From assembly GCA_038046385.1 (NCBI GenBank), contig JBBSWH010000006.1, positions 129,009-193,008 on the forward strand: DNA of 64,000 nucleotides, read 5' to 3'. A model generated the notes under the pieces. It was not told where the DNA came from, made no database searches, and worked only from the letters and a program-made list of their open reading frames with translations. The position numbers and the translations under genes are program-made. Origin of the DNA: Nanobdellota archaeon. Lineage in GTDB: Archaea > Nanobdellota > Nanobdellia > Woesearchaeales > GW2011-AR4. Positions 19,525 to 30,717 of this stretch are shown piece by piece. How positions within the stretch are numbered: position 1 is the first letter of the stretch; each line of letters begins with the position of its first letter.

Positions 19525-22500
19525 GTGGGTTGTATCTTGAAAAGAGGGATAATGAGCAATAACTATAGGGTTCTAGCTTTTGTAATCTTATTTATGATTG
19601 GGTTTGTGAGTTATGTTCCGGATGTTAAGGCAGCATGCTGGAATGGATGGGGATGCAGCTTGGCTAGAGCATGCTGTAACAGCGGTAGCTCATGTGGAGC
19701 ATTGTATCAATCCTGCTGCCAGAATAGTGCTTGTGGCTCGGGGCTTGTATGCATTTCAGGAAAATGCAGTACCCCCTCTGGATGTTTGACAGAACCAGCA
19801 GGGTGCTACAAAAAAGAAACAATTTGCACAGTAACCGAAGTATGCAAAGACAGCCAAGATGATAGTGTATGCGACCCTCTAGATTACTATGGAGACGGGG
19901 AATGTGTTTGCAATCCAATAACACCTGAAGAGTGCCCTGATTATGCAAAACAAAATACAAACACACTAACAACAACAGCCGCAAAAAGCGATTTTGCATA
20001 TTATCTTCCTTCTCCAAAATGCACGAAAATCGGTTCTTGCGCCTGTCCAACCGGAACAGACGCAGTAACTCCAGTATCAGATTTTACAACAACAGAAGCA
20101 GCATGCAAATGCATAACTGACGCAACTTGGACAGGCACAAGCTGCTGTGGATATGCTGGAGGGCCGGCGTGCACAGGACAACCATTATGTGGAGGAACAT
20201 CATACAATTCAGCAACACAAAAATGCTGCGGTGACGTTATAAAACCAATAGGAGAAACCTGCCCATCAGCCCCAACAAACCCTACAACTCCCCTAACTTT
20301 TCAACAAGGGGATTGCCCGACTTCAGGATATACTTGCGATCCATATGTAGACCTACCGGCAAATCCTGTAAAGGCCAAAATCGCTTATCTTGAAAAGACA
20401 AAGTCCGAATATATTGCTATGGACAGCACAACCTGGGATAAATGCGACAAAGTTTTTGAATCTAATAAAAATATCAGAAAAAATATCACAGCTGACAATA
20501 AAAATCATACCTTCTTATGCACAGGAAAAGGAGAAGGATCAATTGTCGAATGCCAAGGCGAAGGGGCATCAATCTCAACAGGAGACGGACAAAGAATCAA
20601 AATAGGAGAATCAGTAAAACGCGGCCTTCCCAACAATCCGATTCCGGGAGAATGCAAACCGGGCCCGGTTCTTTGTGACGGAACAGCAAACGCAAACTGT
20701 GCATGCCCTAAAGACAAGAAGATAGTTTCTCAGAAAGTTTGCAAGAAGACGAACACATTAAAAACATGCACGCCTGGAGCATGCACTACAGGAACGAGCG
20801 TAACAAGTTGCCCACCACCTGCTTCAGACCCACTAACAGGAAGGGTTGTAAGAAATCCTATAACCGGAAATTTTGTTGCTCCACCTCTAGACACTTGCGG
20901 CGATACTACTTGTAATGAACCGAGTGAAACATGCACAAACTGCCCATCAGATTGTGGAGAATGCCCGCCTCCGCCTGCTGACTGCGGAGCATTAGGACAA
21001 GATTGCTGCACTACCGGAACAGCATGCCCGGGACTTACATGCAATAGTGTAAGCGGAAAATGCGAAGCCGTGTCGGTTGGAGAATGCTGCACATGTTCAA
21101 TGGAAAGAAAAACAGACTGCACAACAGAAGACCAAAAAGAAACAGTATATTCCTGTGAAGCATGCACTGACGATGGCAGTCCTTGTTATAATTGCACAAA
21201 GCCAACAGAACCAATTACAGATACATCAACCTATTACTGCAACGCCGATACAAGATTTGTAAAAGACCTTGATTATTATATTCCAAATGTTGATAAGAAA
21301 CCGGTAAGGCCTTTTAATGCAGAGGATTACTGCTCAAACTCATCAAATTCAAAAGAGATGTGCAAGAAAACATGCGAAGCAGCAGGATTCTCTTGGACAG
21401 GAACAAAATGCTGCAGCGAAGATGATGATAATCTGACAGAAACAGCAGAAGGAATAACGACATTCTTTACCTGTTTAAATGACCCCACAAAGACTGAATG
21501 CTACAATGATAAAATCAGTGCTTTAACAGGCACAGAAGGCGGATGCTGGAACAGCACAATAGTACCCTCATTCGATTCAGTCAGCGAAAATCCACCCACA
21601 AAAAATTCTGTCATGAATTACAATGGAGAATTCTACGGATGCGCAATAAGAAATGATTCAAACCCAAAATTAAAGAAACCAACGCCCGGTTTTAGAAATT
21701 TCAACACAGAGAATGATATTTTAATCCAACAAAACCCTCTTTCTTTTGGGCCAATACTTGATAAATATATAATAAATAGAAGACTGATAAAAGACCGCGC
21801 GCATTGCAATCTTTTAGAAAAATCACCCCTTCCAAACGCAGAATACTACTACTGCGCTTACAATGAAACATGGATATACTCAACAACAAAGAAAGAAAAT
21901 CTTTCTTATGCACCCCCAGTACCATCGCTAATAACAGACCAAAAAAACGAAGCTGGATGCTGCGAGGAATTCAAGTGCTGGAATGGAAGAACATGTTCTA
22001 ACAACCAGAAGAATGATCCAAAAGGATTGCCATTAGCAACTACTAATTTCAGATGCATAGACGGAAATTGGGTAGCATCTTCTTTGAAAAGATCTCTTGA
22101 CGGAAGAACCGGATACTGCGGAAACGAAAGCCAGTGCCTACTTGACCCCGATGAAGAGGATATCAACAAGCAGTGCATAGACTCCGGCCAATATATAGAA
22201 GACAATTACTGCGAATCAGGAAACTGGTCTTCAAGGACAAAATTAGTTGCATTGAAGATGATGAAGATAAAAGAAACTATTGGCAGATCTTCAGACTTTA
22301 CACTGTTCTGCGATGATTCAAAAGATAACACTTTGAATTATCTTGCATATTCTGTGCAAACTGGGCAGGCTGCTGCTGCATTAGCAAAATTGAATCCAAA
22401 TAACTTTTGCGTGCTTAATGTAGGAACAAGAACTTTCGTTGGAGTATCCCTCAATAAAAGGTCAGAAGAACTTTCTGCTAATACCTTGCAGGTCTTAGGA

Positions 22501-23055
22501 GGAACGTCGTGCAGCAGCACAGCAAACGACAGGCTCTACAATAAATGCACATCCAGCAACAGCAAATTATGGTACAACAGAAACTTAAGCATAATGGTTT
22601 ACAGCAACACTGATATAACTCCAAGTTCCATTCAGGATGCTTCTGAAAGAAACCCAGCTACCCTTATTTTGCAGCTGAAACAGATAATCAACATCCCTTT
22701 TAATTCGGTTGTAAGGGGCCTCGGACAAGCTTTATCGGAAGAAGATACTGGTTCTGAAATCCCCCTAAAATTCGACAGGCTTTACATGGCAAAGCAAGGA
22801 ACAAAAGCAATCAACGCATTCCTTGAAGGGAGTTCACATCAGGCAGCAGTCATACAATACAATGGATTTACTACATCCAATATTTGCCAGCAGATTGACA
22901 AGTATGCGCAAGGAAGAACTATAGATGAAGACTCAGGAATATCCTGCTCCGGCACTGCAGGCAACTATTATGTTTATGCTTATGGCCAAATATTTACAAA
23001 CATAAAACCATCGATAATCTGGCCGGATTTAACGTCAAAATTAAGGTTAACATGA
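19525..23055 (+). CDS. Large secreted Cys-rich surface protein (1176 aa)
   Basis: Signal peptide ending VKA; very high Cys content, repeated W.GT.CC and CG(A)L.Q.CC motifs, CGDxxC...ETCxNCPxDC unit. Confidence 0.75.
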   Translation: MGCILKRGIMSNNYRVLAFVILFMIGFVSYVPDVKAACWNGWGCSLARACCNSGSSCGALYQSCCQNSACGSGLVCISGKCSTPSGCLTEPAGCYKKETICTVTEVCKDSQDDSVCDPLDYYGDGECVCNPITPEECPDYAKQNTNTLTTTAAKSDFAYYLPSPKCTKIGSCACPTGTDAVTPVSDFTTTEAACKCITDATWTGTSCCGYAGGPACTGQPLCGGTSYNSATQKCCGDVIKPIGETCPSAPTNPTTPLTFQQGDCPTSGYTCDPYVDLPANPVKAKIAYLEKTKSEYIAMDSTTWDKCDKVFESNKNIRKNITADNKNHTFLCTGKGEGSIVECQGEGASISTGDGQRIKIGESVKRGLPNNPIPGECKPGPVLCDGTANANCACPKDKKIVSQKVCKKTNTLKTCTPGACTTGTSVTSCPPPASDPLTGRVVRNPITGNFVAPPLDTCGDTTCNEPSETCTNCPSDCGECPPPPADCGALGQDCCTTGTACPGLTCNSVSGKCEAVSVGECCTCSMERKTDCTTEDQKETVYSCEACTDDGSPCYNCTKPTEPITDTSTYYCNADTRFVKDLDYYIPNVDKKPVRPFNAEDYCSNSSNSKEMCKKTCEAAGFSWTGTKCCSEDDDNLTETAEGITTFFTCLNDPTKTECYNDKISALTGTEGGCWNSTIVPSFDSVSENPPTKNSVMNYNGEFYGCAIRNDSNPKLKKPTPGFRNFNTENDILIQQNPLSFGPILDKYIINRRLIKDRAHCNLLEKSPLPNAEYYYCAYNETWIYSTTKKENLSYAPPVPSLITDQKNEAGCCEEFKCWNGRTCSNNQKNDPKGLPLATTNFRCIDGNWVASSLKRSLDGRTGYCGNESQCLLDPDEEDINKQCIDSGQYIEDNYCESGNWSSRTKLVALKMMKIKETIGRSSDFTLFCDDSKDNTLNYLAYSVQTGQAAAALAKLNPNNFCVLNVGTRTFVGVSLNKRSEELSANTLQVLGGTSCSSTANDRLYNKCTSSNSKLWYNRNLSIMVYSNTDITPSSIQDASERNPATLILQLKQIINIPFNSVVRGLGQALSEEDTGSEIPLKFDRLYMAKQGTKAINAFLEGSSHQAAVIQYNGFTTSNICQQIDKYAQGRTIDEDSGISCSGTAGNYYVYAYGQIFTNIKPSIIWPDLTSKLRLT

Positions 23056-24263
23056 AAAAAACAAAAATAAAAAATCATAGATTTTCCAGGAAATCCCAGA
23101 TAACAATGCTGATGATAATAGGGCTTGCAATATTCATAACAATAAGCCTCGTGCTTTACCTTTCAAAGTCTGCAATAAAAAAACAAACTTCTCAGTCAAT
23201 AAAAAAAACACAGGGAACTTCAACAGACACAAGGCCGATACAGGAGTTTGCAAGCTCATGCGCTGACAAACTGACAAAAGACGCAATCTCTCTTGTTGGG
23301 AAACAGGGAGGGTATATCTATTCAAGCCAGGGCGGAACATTGCTGGATTACGGAGACGGGCAGGAAGGAGTTAGATACATAACTTGGGATAACAAAAAAG
23401 TTTCATACGGAATACTTGCCCCATCATTCAGAATTGAAAAATATTCTGCAGAAGTTCCAGATTATCCTTGGATTAAATACCCATACATCGACGATACCCT
23501 TACAATTGAAACATCCAAGGGAATTTTTGGAAAAAGCAACTTGCCATCTCTTTTGAAACCAGGAATACAATCAATACAGGGGCAGATTGAATCGTATATT
23601 GACAAAAATATGGAAGCATGCACTGACGACTTTTCAATATTCGAGAGCCAAGGATATGATATAGAGATGAAGAACACAAAATCAGCTGTTACGATAGGCA
23701 ACAGCGATGTTTCTGCAAAAATAAACACAACAATTACAATTACAAATCTGCAGACGCAGGAGCATTCTGAGATAAATCATCTTTCCACAAATGTAAATGT
23801 AAGGTTACGAGAATTATATCTTCTTGCAGATTATGCAATAAAAAATGATGTAGGCGATATATCGTTTGATATTAAAGACGCAAAGGATGAAAAGGGAACA
23901 ATCGATATTGATGTTAAAAATGGCATTTTTTCCAAAGATGATATAATAATTCTAACGGACACAAAATCGTTCCTTTATGGAAAGCCGTACCAGTTCATTT
24001 TTGCAAGAAAGAACAGGGCGCCGGCGCTTTCTTACATAAGGGGGTCATCAAAAGAAATAGATTATATTAACACTAAGGAAGAATTAATTGACGCTGCGGA
24101 TTTACCTCTAAACGCAACAGACCCGGATGAAGATGATGTTGACATAAAAACATACCAATTATTTCCCTACACTACCACTAATACAGCTACTCCAATTAAG
24201 ATATATGCAACAGACGGAGAACTTGAAGACTTTCACGAAATAAGCGTTAAATCAACAGGATGA
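23052..24263 (+). CDS. Large type IV pilin-like protein (class III signal peptide)
   Basis: RKSQ-ITMLMIIGLAIFI leader; C-terminal NRAP...ATDPDED Ig/cadherin-like segment. Confidence 0.75.
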   Translation: MKKTKIKNHRFSRKSQITMLMIIGLAIFITISLVLYLSKSAIKKQTSQSIKKTQGTSTDTRPIQEFASSCADKLTKDAISLVGKQGGYIYSSQGGTLLDYGDGQEGVRYITWDNKKVSYGILAPSFRIEKYSAEVPDYPWIKYPYIDDTLTIETSKGIFGKSNLPSLLKPGIQSIQGQIESYIDKNMEACTDDFSIFESQGYDIEMKNTKSAVTIGNSDVSAKINTTITITNLQTQEHSEINHLSTNVNVRLRELYLLADYAIKNDVGDISFDIKDAKDEKGTIDIDVKNGIFSKDDIIILTDTKSFLYGKPYQFIFARKNRAPALSYIRGSSKEIDYINTKEELIDAADLPLNATDPDEDDVDIKTYQLFPYTTTNTATPIKIYATDGELEDFHEISVKSTG

Positions 24264-27200
24264 ACAAAAAAATATTTTTAATAATGATTGCAGTTTTTAT
24301 AATTGCATTTTCATTTAATGTGTATGCTGACGAAATAGGGTGCTGCTCAAACCCTGCAGCAGGATCATGGGCATGCTCATCAGACCTTGCAAACAGGGAT
24401 GCGCAGTGTTGCCCTCCACAGGCTGCAAATCCGTCATATTATAAGCCTCAAAATCCAGACGGGCCGGTTGATTACAATGCATGCAAAAATTCATTTTTTG
24501 CTGTAGGACAAAATTGCAGGAATGTTGAAGCATGCAATCAGGGATGCTGCTGTTCAGACACAGGAGGAACAGTAAAATCAAAAATACAATGCACTGGCTC
24601 CGGTGAAATTTTTGATGAAAGCGATCCAACATGCGCAAATTGCGCAGATCCACAATGCAATGACGGAATAGATAATGACAACAATGGATGCTCAGATTTC
24701 CAGGGCGGAGATTCCGGATGCACAGACTCAAGTGATACTTCAGAAGCAAGAGGAACATGCCTTGGGCAGTCTGGAGGATGCCTTGACTCATTATATAATC
24801 CAAAACTTTCAAGCTTGATAATCACTCAAGTCATCGGACAGAAAAAATTATTTTTGAGGTGGATTGATGAATGCGGTCAAAACGCAGTTTCATATGATAT
24901 ATCCAGATGCAAAGGACAGGACTGCACAAATTTGGTTTTTGTAACAACTTCTGCAACAAACTCCTTTGAAGATTCTTCAGCAGAGCTTGAATATGACACG
25001 ATGTACACTTACCAAGTTAAGGCGCATTACTCTCCGCAATCTTCAACACCGACTGTAAAAGGATACGGAACACTTGGAAATAAGGAATGCAGCAGCGGCG
25101 CCTCAAAAGTATGCGTCGGCAACATTGCATATTCATGCGTTGCGGGAAAGCTTGTAAAATTAAGCGAATGCGCATCAACGCAGGCATGCGTAATAAGTAA
25201 TGACGAGCCAAAATGCCTTAATAAAGACAATTGCAATTATAATGAAGCAAATCCTTTTGGATTGTTTTACACAAAACAAATTTGTGAAAACGAAAAATAC
25301 TGCTTTTATGACAAATCTGTAACCAGCGTTAATCGGTGCTTTTCTTGCAATCCTACAATGGCATGCTATGACTATAAATCAAAAGATTCCTGTGAAACTG
25401 ATAATTGCGGAGTAAACAGCTGCCAATGGAAAGAATCAATAAGCCAGATAGGGATAGGAGCGTGCGTAAAAACAACAGACTACAACTGCAAGTGGTGCAG
25501 CACGCAAGGAACAGTAGGAATGCAAAATATTTTAGCGTACAACCAGGTCTTTGACATCTGCACTGCAGAAAAAACATCTTTGCTTTCATTGACAAATTTC
25601 AAATGCTTTCTTAACGGAAACAAGGCAAGCGGATGCGACGAGACAAAATGCTCAGATTATGATGTTTCACAGTGCAGCGCACTCCCAATAACTCACAATT
25701 CCAAGAATGAAATAACTCGTTTTTCAACAGACCAGTGCGGCATAAAAGTATGTCAGAACATAAATAACAAATGCGTCAAGAATGCAGACGGAGATGCAAT
25801 TCCTGATTGCGCAAGCGCAACCAACTCAAGCTTCTGTGAAGGTGATTATTTTGCGCCAAACACAACAATAACAGCAACAACAACAATTTCAGCAAACACC
25901 CAGAAAAATATAATAGACACGCTGCTGATACAGATAAAGGATAAGTCAAGCTACAAAGGGGATTATTTCCTTAAGATGTCTTCTGATTACTCAACATTTG
26001 TATGCCTAGGATCATGCACAAGCGGGCATCCTTTTGCGGCATATACTAAAGGCAGAAAAATAGTAATTTCAAATCTTGGAGCATACGACGGAAGCAATGG
26101 CAGCAAAATGCTTACATTAACAGAAGGAAAAAATATAATAAATTATTACTCCCAGGATCCGTCAAAAAATATAGGAACAGTTCAGACGATTGAAATATTT
26201 GCGTATGACAACACCACTGGTCCAAAAATATTTTATTTTAATGTGACAGGAAGCTCATCTGCGAATGATATTTTCTATACAAATCAAAAAAGGCCTAACA
26301 TTAGAGTTATATTCTTTGAAAAAGCAACAATAACCAGCGCAAGATTAATTTCAAAAGACAGGAAAAGGATAATCTCATTAGATATTCCGAGCGGAGAAGA
26401 CACAATATTCAATTTAAACGCCCAAAGCGACGCGTCTGACGGAGAATACACTTTTGAACTGCAGGCAAAAAATTCTAAAAATATTTTCATGCAGACATTC
26501 ACTGCAGCAGTTGTTGTAGACACAATAAAGCCGAAAATAACAGTGACTCCTGCAGAAGGAACTTTGATAACAGAAGACAAGCCGGTTCAGGTAACCTTGT
26601 CGTTCAATGAGATTGTAATCCTTGATTTGGTAACAATAAATTCTCAAAATATAAAAGATAAGCTAACAACAACAAACAACAAAGATTTTACCGGAGCAGT
26701 TTCTGTAAGCGACGGCAACAAGGCGCTGCAGGTTAATGCAAGAGATTTTTCAGGCAACGCAATAACAAATACAACAAGATTCGTTATGGACGCAAAGCCA
26801 ATGGACATAACGATTGCAAAGCCGAAATACGGAGTTGCTCCAGACTATTCTTTTGAATTTGCAGTCACAACAGACAACAATGCAAACTGCAGGTTTGCAA
26901 TCGATGATGACGATGAATACGATTTTATGCAAGCATTCGGCATTACAACTGGCATTTTACACTCAAAGCAAGGTGTTTCAATAAGAAACGGAGATAACAG
27001 CACCCATAAATTTTACGTCAAATGCAAAGACGCAAAAAATACAATTTTCTCAAAAGATTTTGATATAAGCGTGGACAAGACAAAGCCCATAATAAAAAAC
27101 TCGTTCGCATTCCCAGCAGTCGTGGCAGATGATCCGTATATTTCTTCTTTGAATGCGCAGACAGATGAACCAACTATATGCAAATTCAGCACAACAAGCT

Positions 27201-30200
27201 CGTTATTTGACTCCATGGATGGAAAGTTTGACGGAGTTGACACCGAAACATTTAGTACAATAAATACAAAATCAATGCAATTAACGTTAACAGGCGATTA
27301 TTCATATAATGTAGTGTGCAGGAACAAAGCAGGATTAGATTCAGACGCTGCAACTATAAAATTCAAAGTTGATCCAAATACGCAATTGAAGATAACACCA
27401 CACACCCCTTATTTCTTTAATTCGACAACCGCAACGCTTGCAGTTGAAACCAACAGAAATGCGACGTGCAGATATTCACAGAATGAAGATATGTCTTCAT
27501 CAGACTTGTTTGGACCTTCAGGATATTCCCATATAAGAAGCACCGTACTTAGCGAAGGAAAATACAAATTTTATATCTCATGCAAGGACAAATCAGGGCA
27601 GGCAACAGACAGCATTAATGTTGAATTTGTTGTCGATACATCTGCCCCTATAATGCTCAATGTTAATGACACAAGCACGCTTAATATTTCTCCCGAAAGA
27701 ACATGCAATAATACCCTCCTTCGCGTCAAATGGAACGGAGAAGACCCACAATCTGGCATAAAATTGTTCTCTTATTCAATCCATAAAAAATCAAATAATG
27801 CAAAAATAGGAAATTCAAAAGTTTCTTTCCAAAAAGATGAATGGGAATGGATATACAATCTGGACCTTGAAGACGGAATGGACTACATTTTCAAAGTGCT
27901 TGCTACAAATTATGTAGAAATGAATAGCAGTCCAATGAGCAGCGACGGCATAAAGGTGCAGGCCTCGGCATGCGCTCCGCCTCCAGAATGCGGAGATAAT
28001 AAAATCAACAATGCAGGAGAAGAATGTGACAGGAGCACATTTGGCTCTATAAATGGTTGTCTTCAATACACTAATTTTATAGGTGGCACATTAAAATGCA
28101 CAAACGATTGCAAACTCGATAACTCAGGATGTGAAAGAGCCCCATTATGCGGCAACAGCATGCTTGATCCAGGAGAAGCCTGCGACGGAACTAAGTTAGG
28201 AAGCATCAAGGCATGCACAGACTATGCTGATTCATTCTCAGGAGGCACATTAAAGTGCACACCCACATGCCAGCTTGACACAACAGGATGCACAGAAAAG
28301 CCAAAATGCGGCAATAACTTCATTGATGTCGGAGAAGCCTGCGACGGAACCAAGTTAGGAATATCTAGCAATAAGTGTTTAGACTACAGTTCTACTTTTA
28401 GCGGAGGAAACTTAACCTGCAATAAATGCGCTTTAGACACAGCAGGATGCCAAGGCGTTGCAGGAGGAATTTGCGGAGATGGTATAATCAATCTCGGAGA
28501 AGCCTGCGACGGAACTAAGTTAGGAAGCATCAAGGCATGCACAGACTATGCTGATTCATTCTCAGGAGGCACATTAAAGTGCACATCAACCTGCCAATTA
28601 GATACAGCAGCATGCACAGAAAAGCCAAAGTGCGGAAATAGCTTTATCGATGTTGGAGAATCCTGCGACAGCAGCACTCTTGGAATAAAAAGCAGCGCGT
28701 GCTTGAATTATAGCGAAGACTTTAGCAAAGGGACATTAAAATGCGCAAACGATTGCAAACTCGACACAACAGAATGCGGAAAAACACCAACTTGCGGCAA
28801 CAATAAGCTTGACACCGGTGAACTTTGTGATGGCACACAGTTTGGAAGAATGACGGATTTAAGCTGCAATGCCTTTAGCCAACATTTTGCAAATGGAAGC
28901 GTTTCATGCAAATCCTGCAAAATATCCACAGATCAATGTGCGTCAAACAAGACAAGCGTGCTTACCTGCAAAGATAGCGGAACATGCAAGAAAGGAGATA
29001 GGTGCAGCGACAACTCTGATTGTGAAACGAGATACTGCGCAAACGGAGCATGCGGAGAGAATTCTTGCAGCGACCGTGTTAAAAATCCATACGAATCTGA
29101 TGTTGACTGCGGCGGGCCGTGCCCAAAATGCAGGGAAAACCTGGACTGCTATGAAAACAAGGACTGCGCTACAGGATTATGCAGCATAGGCAAATGCAAG
29201 CCGTCACAGTCATGTTTTGACAGGGCATTTACACAGGGAGAAAGCGATATTGATTGCGGCGGAATCTGCCCTGTAAAATGCGAGGAGACGGGGCATTGCA
29301 ACACTGATGAAGACTGCGGAAGAGGATTAACCTGCTATTCATCCTCATGCACAGCATCAAAAAAAGAGGTAATAGAACAACCCACTAATACTGACACAGA
29401 CGGGGATGGGATGCCGGACAGTTGGGAAATAGAAAACGGACTGGATCCAAATGACCCTTCAGATGCAGCATTAGATTCTGATAATGATGGATTGACAAAC
29501 CTTGAAGAGTTTGAATTTTACAACACTTATGGAACGAGCACAGACCCAAACAATTCTGATACAGACAACGACGGCCAATCTGACAAGGAAGAAGTAGACA
29601 GCGGGACAAATCCAATAGATCCAGAAGATTTCAAGAAATCCGGCTTTGGCACAATACTTATGTTTATTTTTGGAATATTGATAATGATTTCAGGCTTTGG
29701 ATACCTTGCTTATAGAGTAATATCAAAAAGGAATGAACGCTCATTTGACACTTCAGCAAGAACTCTAACAATGACAAGGCAGTCAATGCAGCAACAGACT
29801 ACCAGGGTGCAGCCGACAGCAAGGCCGCAGATGCAGCCTAGAATAAGGACGGCAGGAGACGTTTTCAGGAGAAAAGAAGAAGAAAAGGGAAAAGAAAGAC
29901 AGAGGTTATTTGAGTCGTTCGAATCAGGAAAGAAAACAGAAAAGACAGAGCAGGAACAGAAGCCAAACCAAAAAGAAAATACAAAAATAGGAAAAACAGA
30001 GCAGAAGCCTGAACAAAAAGAAAAGCCAAAAACAGGAAGAACAGAACAAAAAATAGACTACCAACATGAACAAAAAGAAAAGCCAAAATCTGAAAAACAT
30101 ACAGCAGCTCAAAAAGCAGTTCCAAAATCACACTCCAAAAAACAATCAGCGAAGCAGGAAGATGTTTTTGCAAAGCTGAAGGGCATAGCGGAAAAAAAGA

Positions 30201-30205
30201 GATAA
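24260..30205 (+). CDS. Giant membrane-anchored Cys-rich adhesin-like protein (1981 aa)
   Basis: Signal peptide; FN3/Ig-like stretches; six CG(D/N)...GE.CD repeats; two ESD.DCGG repeats; DTDGDGMPDSWE/DSDNDGL Ca-binding repeats; one TM helix and a charged cytoplasmic tail. Confidence 0.8.
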   Translation: MNKKIFLIMIAVFIIAFSFNVYADEIGCCSNPAAGSWACSSDLANRDAQCCPPQAANPSYYKPQNPDGPVDYNACKNSFFAVGQNCRNVEACNQGCCCSDTGGTVKSKIQCTGSGEIFDESDPTCANCADPQCNDGIDNDNNGCSDFQGGDSGCTDSSDTSEARGTCLGQSGGCLDSLYNPKLSSLIITQVIGQKKLFLRWIDECGQNAVSYDISRCKGQDCTNLVFVTTSATNSFEDSSAELEYDTMYTYQVKAHYSPQSSTPTVKGYGTLGNKECSSGASKVCVGNIAYSCVAGKLVKLSECASTQACVISNDEPKCLNKDNCNYNEANPFGLFYTKQICENEKYCFYDKSVTSVNRCFSCNPTMACYDYKSKDSCETDNCGVNSCQWKESISQIGIGACVKTTDYNCKWCSTQGTVGMQNILAYNQVFDICTAEKTSLLSLTNFKCFLNGNKASGCDETKCSDYDVSQCSALPITHNSKNEITRFSTDQCGIKVCQNINNKCVKNADGDAIPDCASATNSSFCEGDYFAPNTTITATTTISANTQKNIIDTLLIQIKDKSSYKGDYFLKMSSDYSTFVCLGSCTSGHPFAAYTKGRKIVISNLGAYDGSNGSKMLTLTEGKNIINYYSQDPSKNIGTVQTIEIFAYDNTTGPKIFYFNVTGSSSANDIFYTNQKRPNIRVIFFEKATITSARLISKDRKRIISLDIPSGEDTIFNLNAQSDASDGEYTFELQAKNSKNIFMQTFTAAVVVDTIKPKITVTPAEGTLITEDKPVQVTLSFNEIVILDLVTINSQNIKDKLTTTNNKDFTGAVSVSDGNKALQVNARDFSGNAITNTTRFVMDAKPMDITIAKPKYGVAPDYSFEFAVTTDNNANCRFAIDDDDEYDFMQAFGITTGILHSKQGVSIRNGDNSTHKFYVKCKDAKNTIFSKDFDISVDKTKPIIKNSFAFPAVVADDPYISSLNAQTDEPTICKFSTTSSLFDSMDGKFDGVDTETFSTINTKSMQLTLTGDYSYNVVCRNKAGLDSDAATIKFKVDPNTQLKITPHTPYFFNSTTATLAVETNRNATCRYSQNEDMSSSDLFGPSGYSHIRSTVLSEGKYKFYISCKDKSGQATDSINVEFVVDTSAPIMLNVNDTSTLNISPERTCNNTLLRVKWNGEDPQSGIKLFSYSIHKKSNNAKIGNSKVSFQKDEWEWIYNLDLEDGMDYIFKVLATNYVEMNSSPMSSDGIKVQASACAPPPECGDNKINNAGEECDRSTFGSINGCLQYTNFIGGTLKCTNDCKLDNSGCERAPLCGNSMLDPGEACDGTKLGSIKACTDYADSFSGGTLKCTPTCQLDTTGCTEKPKCGNNFIDVGEACDGTKLGISSNKCLDYSSTFSGGNLTCNKCALDTAGCQGVAGGICGDGIINLGEACDGTKLGSIKACTDYADSFSGGTLKCTSTCQLDTAACTEKPKCGNSFIDVGESCDSSTLGIKSSACLNYSEDFSKGTLKCANDCKLDTTECGKTPTCGNNKLDTGELCDGTQFGRMTDLSCNAFSQHFANGSVSCKSCKISTDQCASNKTSVLTCKDSGTCKKGDRCSDNSDCETRYCANGACGENSCSDRVKNPYESDVDCGGPCPKCRENLDCYENKDCATGLCSIGKCKPSQSCFDRAFTQGESDIDCGGICPVKCEETGHCNTDEDCGRGLTCYSSSCTASKKEVIEQPTNTDTDGDGMPDSWEIENGLDPNDPSDAALDSDNDGLTNLEEFEFYNTYGTSTDPNNSDTDNDGQSDKEEVDSGTNPIDPEDFKKSGFGTILMFIFGILIMISGFGYLAYRVISKRNERSFDTSARTLTMTRQSMQQQTTRVQPTARPQMQPRIRTAGDVFRRKEEEKGKERQRLFESFESGKKTEKTEQEQKPNQKENTKIGKTEQKPEQKEKPKTGRTEQKIDYQHEQKEKPKSEKHTAAQKAVPKSHSKKQSAKQEDVFAKLKGIAEKKR
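28172..28585 (+). repeat. Intragenic 90-bp perfect direct repeat (28172-28261 and 28496-28585)
   Basis: ggagaagcctgcgacggaactaagttagg...ttaaagtgcaca identical in both copies, offset 324 bp (in frame). Confidence 0.9.
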
Positions 30206-30210
30206 ATCTT

Positions 30211-30711
30211 ATGAAAAAAGCGCAGCTTTACGGACATATTTTTATTTACATTCTGACAATAACGGTTACATCATTCATACTGTTATACGGCTACAATGCG
30301 ATAAAAAACTTTCAGGACAAGACAGACCAGGCTTCGTGCATCAAGTTCAGGAATGACCTGAAATCAGCTGTTTATACGATAATGAGCGACTACGGGACTG
30401 TCAAGAGAAAAGATATTGAACTTTGCTCAAATTACAACAAAGTTTGCTTTGTGGAAACATACAGACAGATAAATAGGGATAATCCAACTTCAAACTCAAA
30501 TCCAATTGATCCAATAATAAAAGACAGCATAATATCAAAAACAGAAAAGAATGTTTTTCTTGTTGCAGATGTAGCAAAAGACGGCTTTTACATAGGCAAT
30601 GTAACTGTAGATGCAAACTTTGATGTTTACTGCGTTAATGCACAGAACGGCAAGATAAGCTTAAAATTAGAAGGAATGGGAGACAGTGTTTATGTTTCAA
30701 AATGGGAATGA
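30211..30711 (+). CDS. Type IV pilin-like protein
   Basis: MKKAQ-LYGHIFIYILTI class III leader. Confidence 0.8.
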   Translation: MKKAQLYGHIFIYILTITVTSFILLYGYNAIKNFQDKTDQASCIKFRNDLKSAVYTIMSDYGTVKRKDIELCSNYNKVCFVETYRQINRDNPTSNSNPIDPIIKDSIISKTEKNVFLVADVAKDGFYIGNVTVDANFDVYCVNAQNGKISLKLEGMGDSVYVSKWE

Positions 30712-30717
30712 TTTTTC

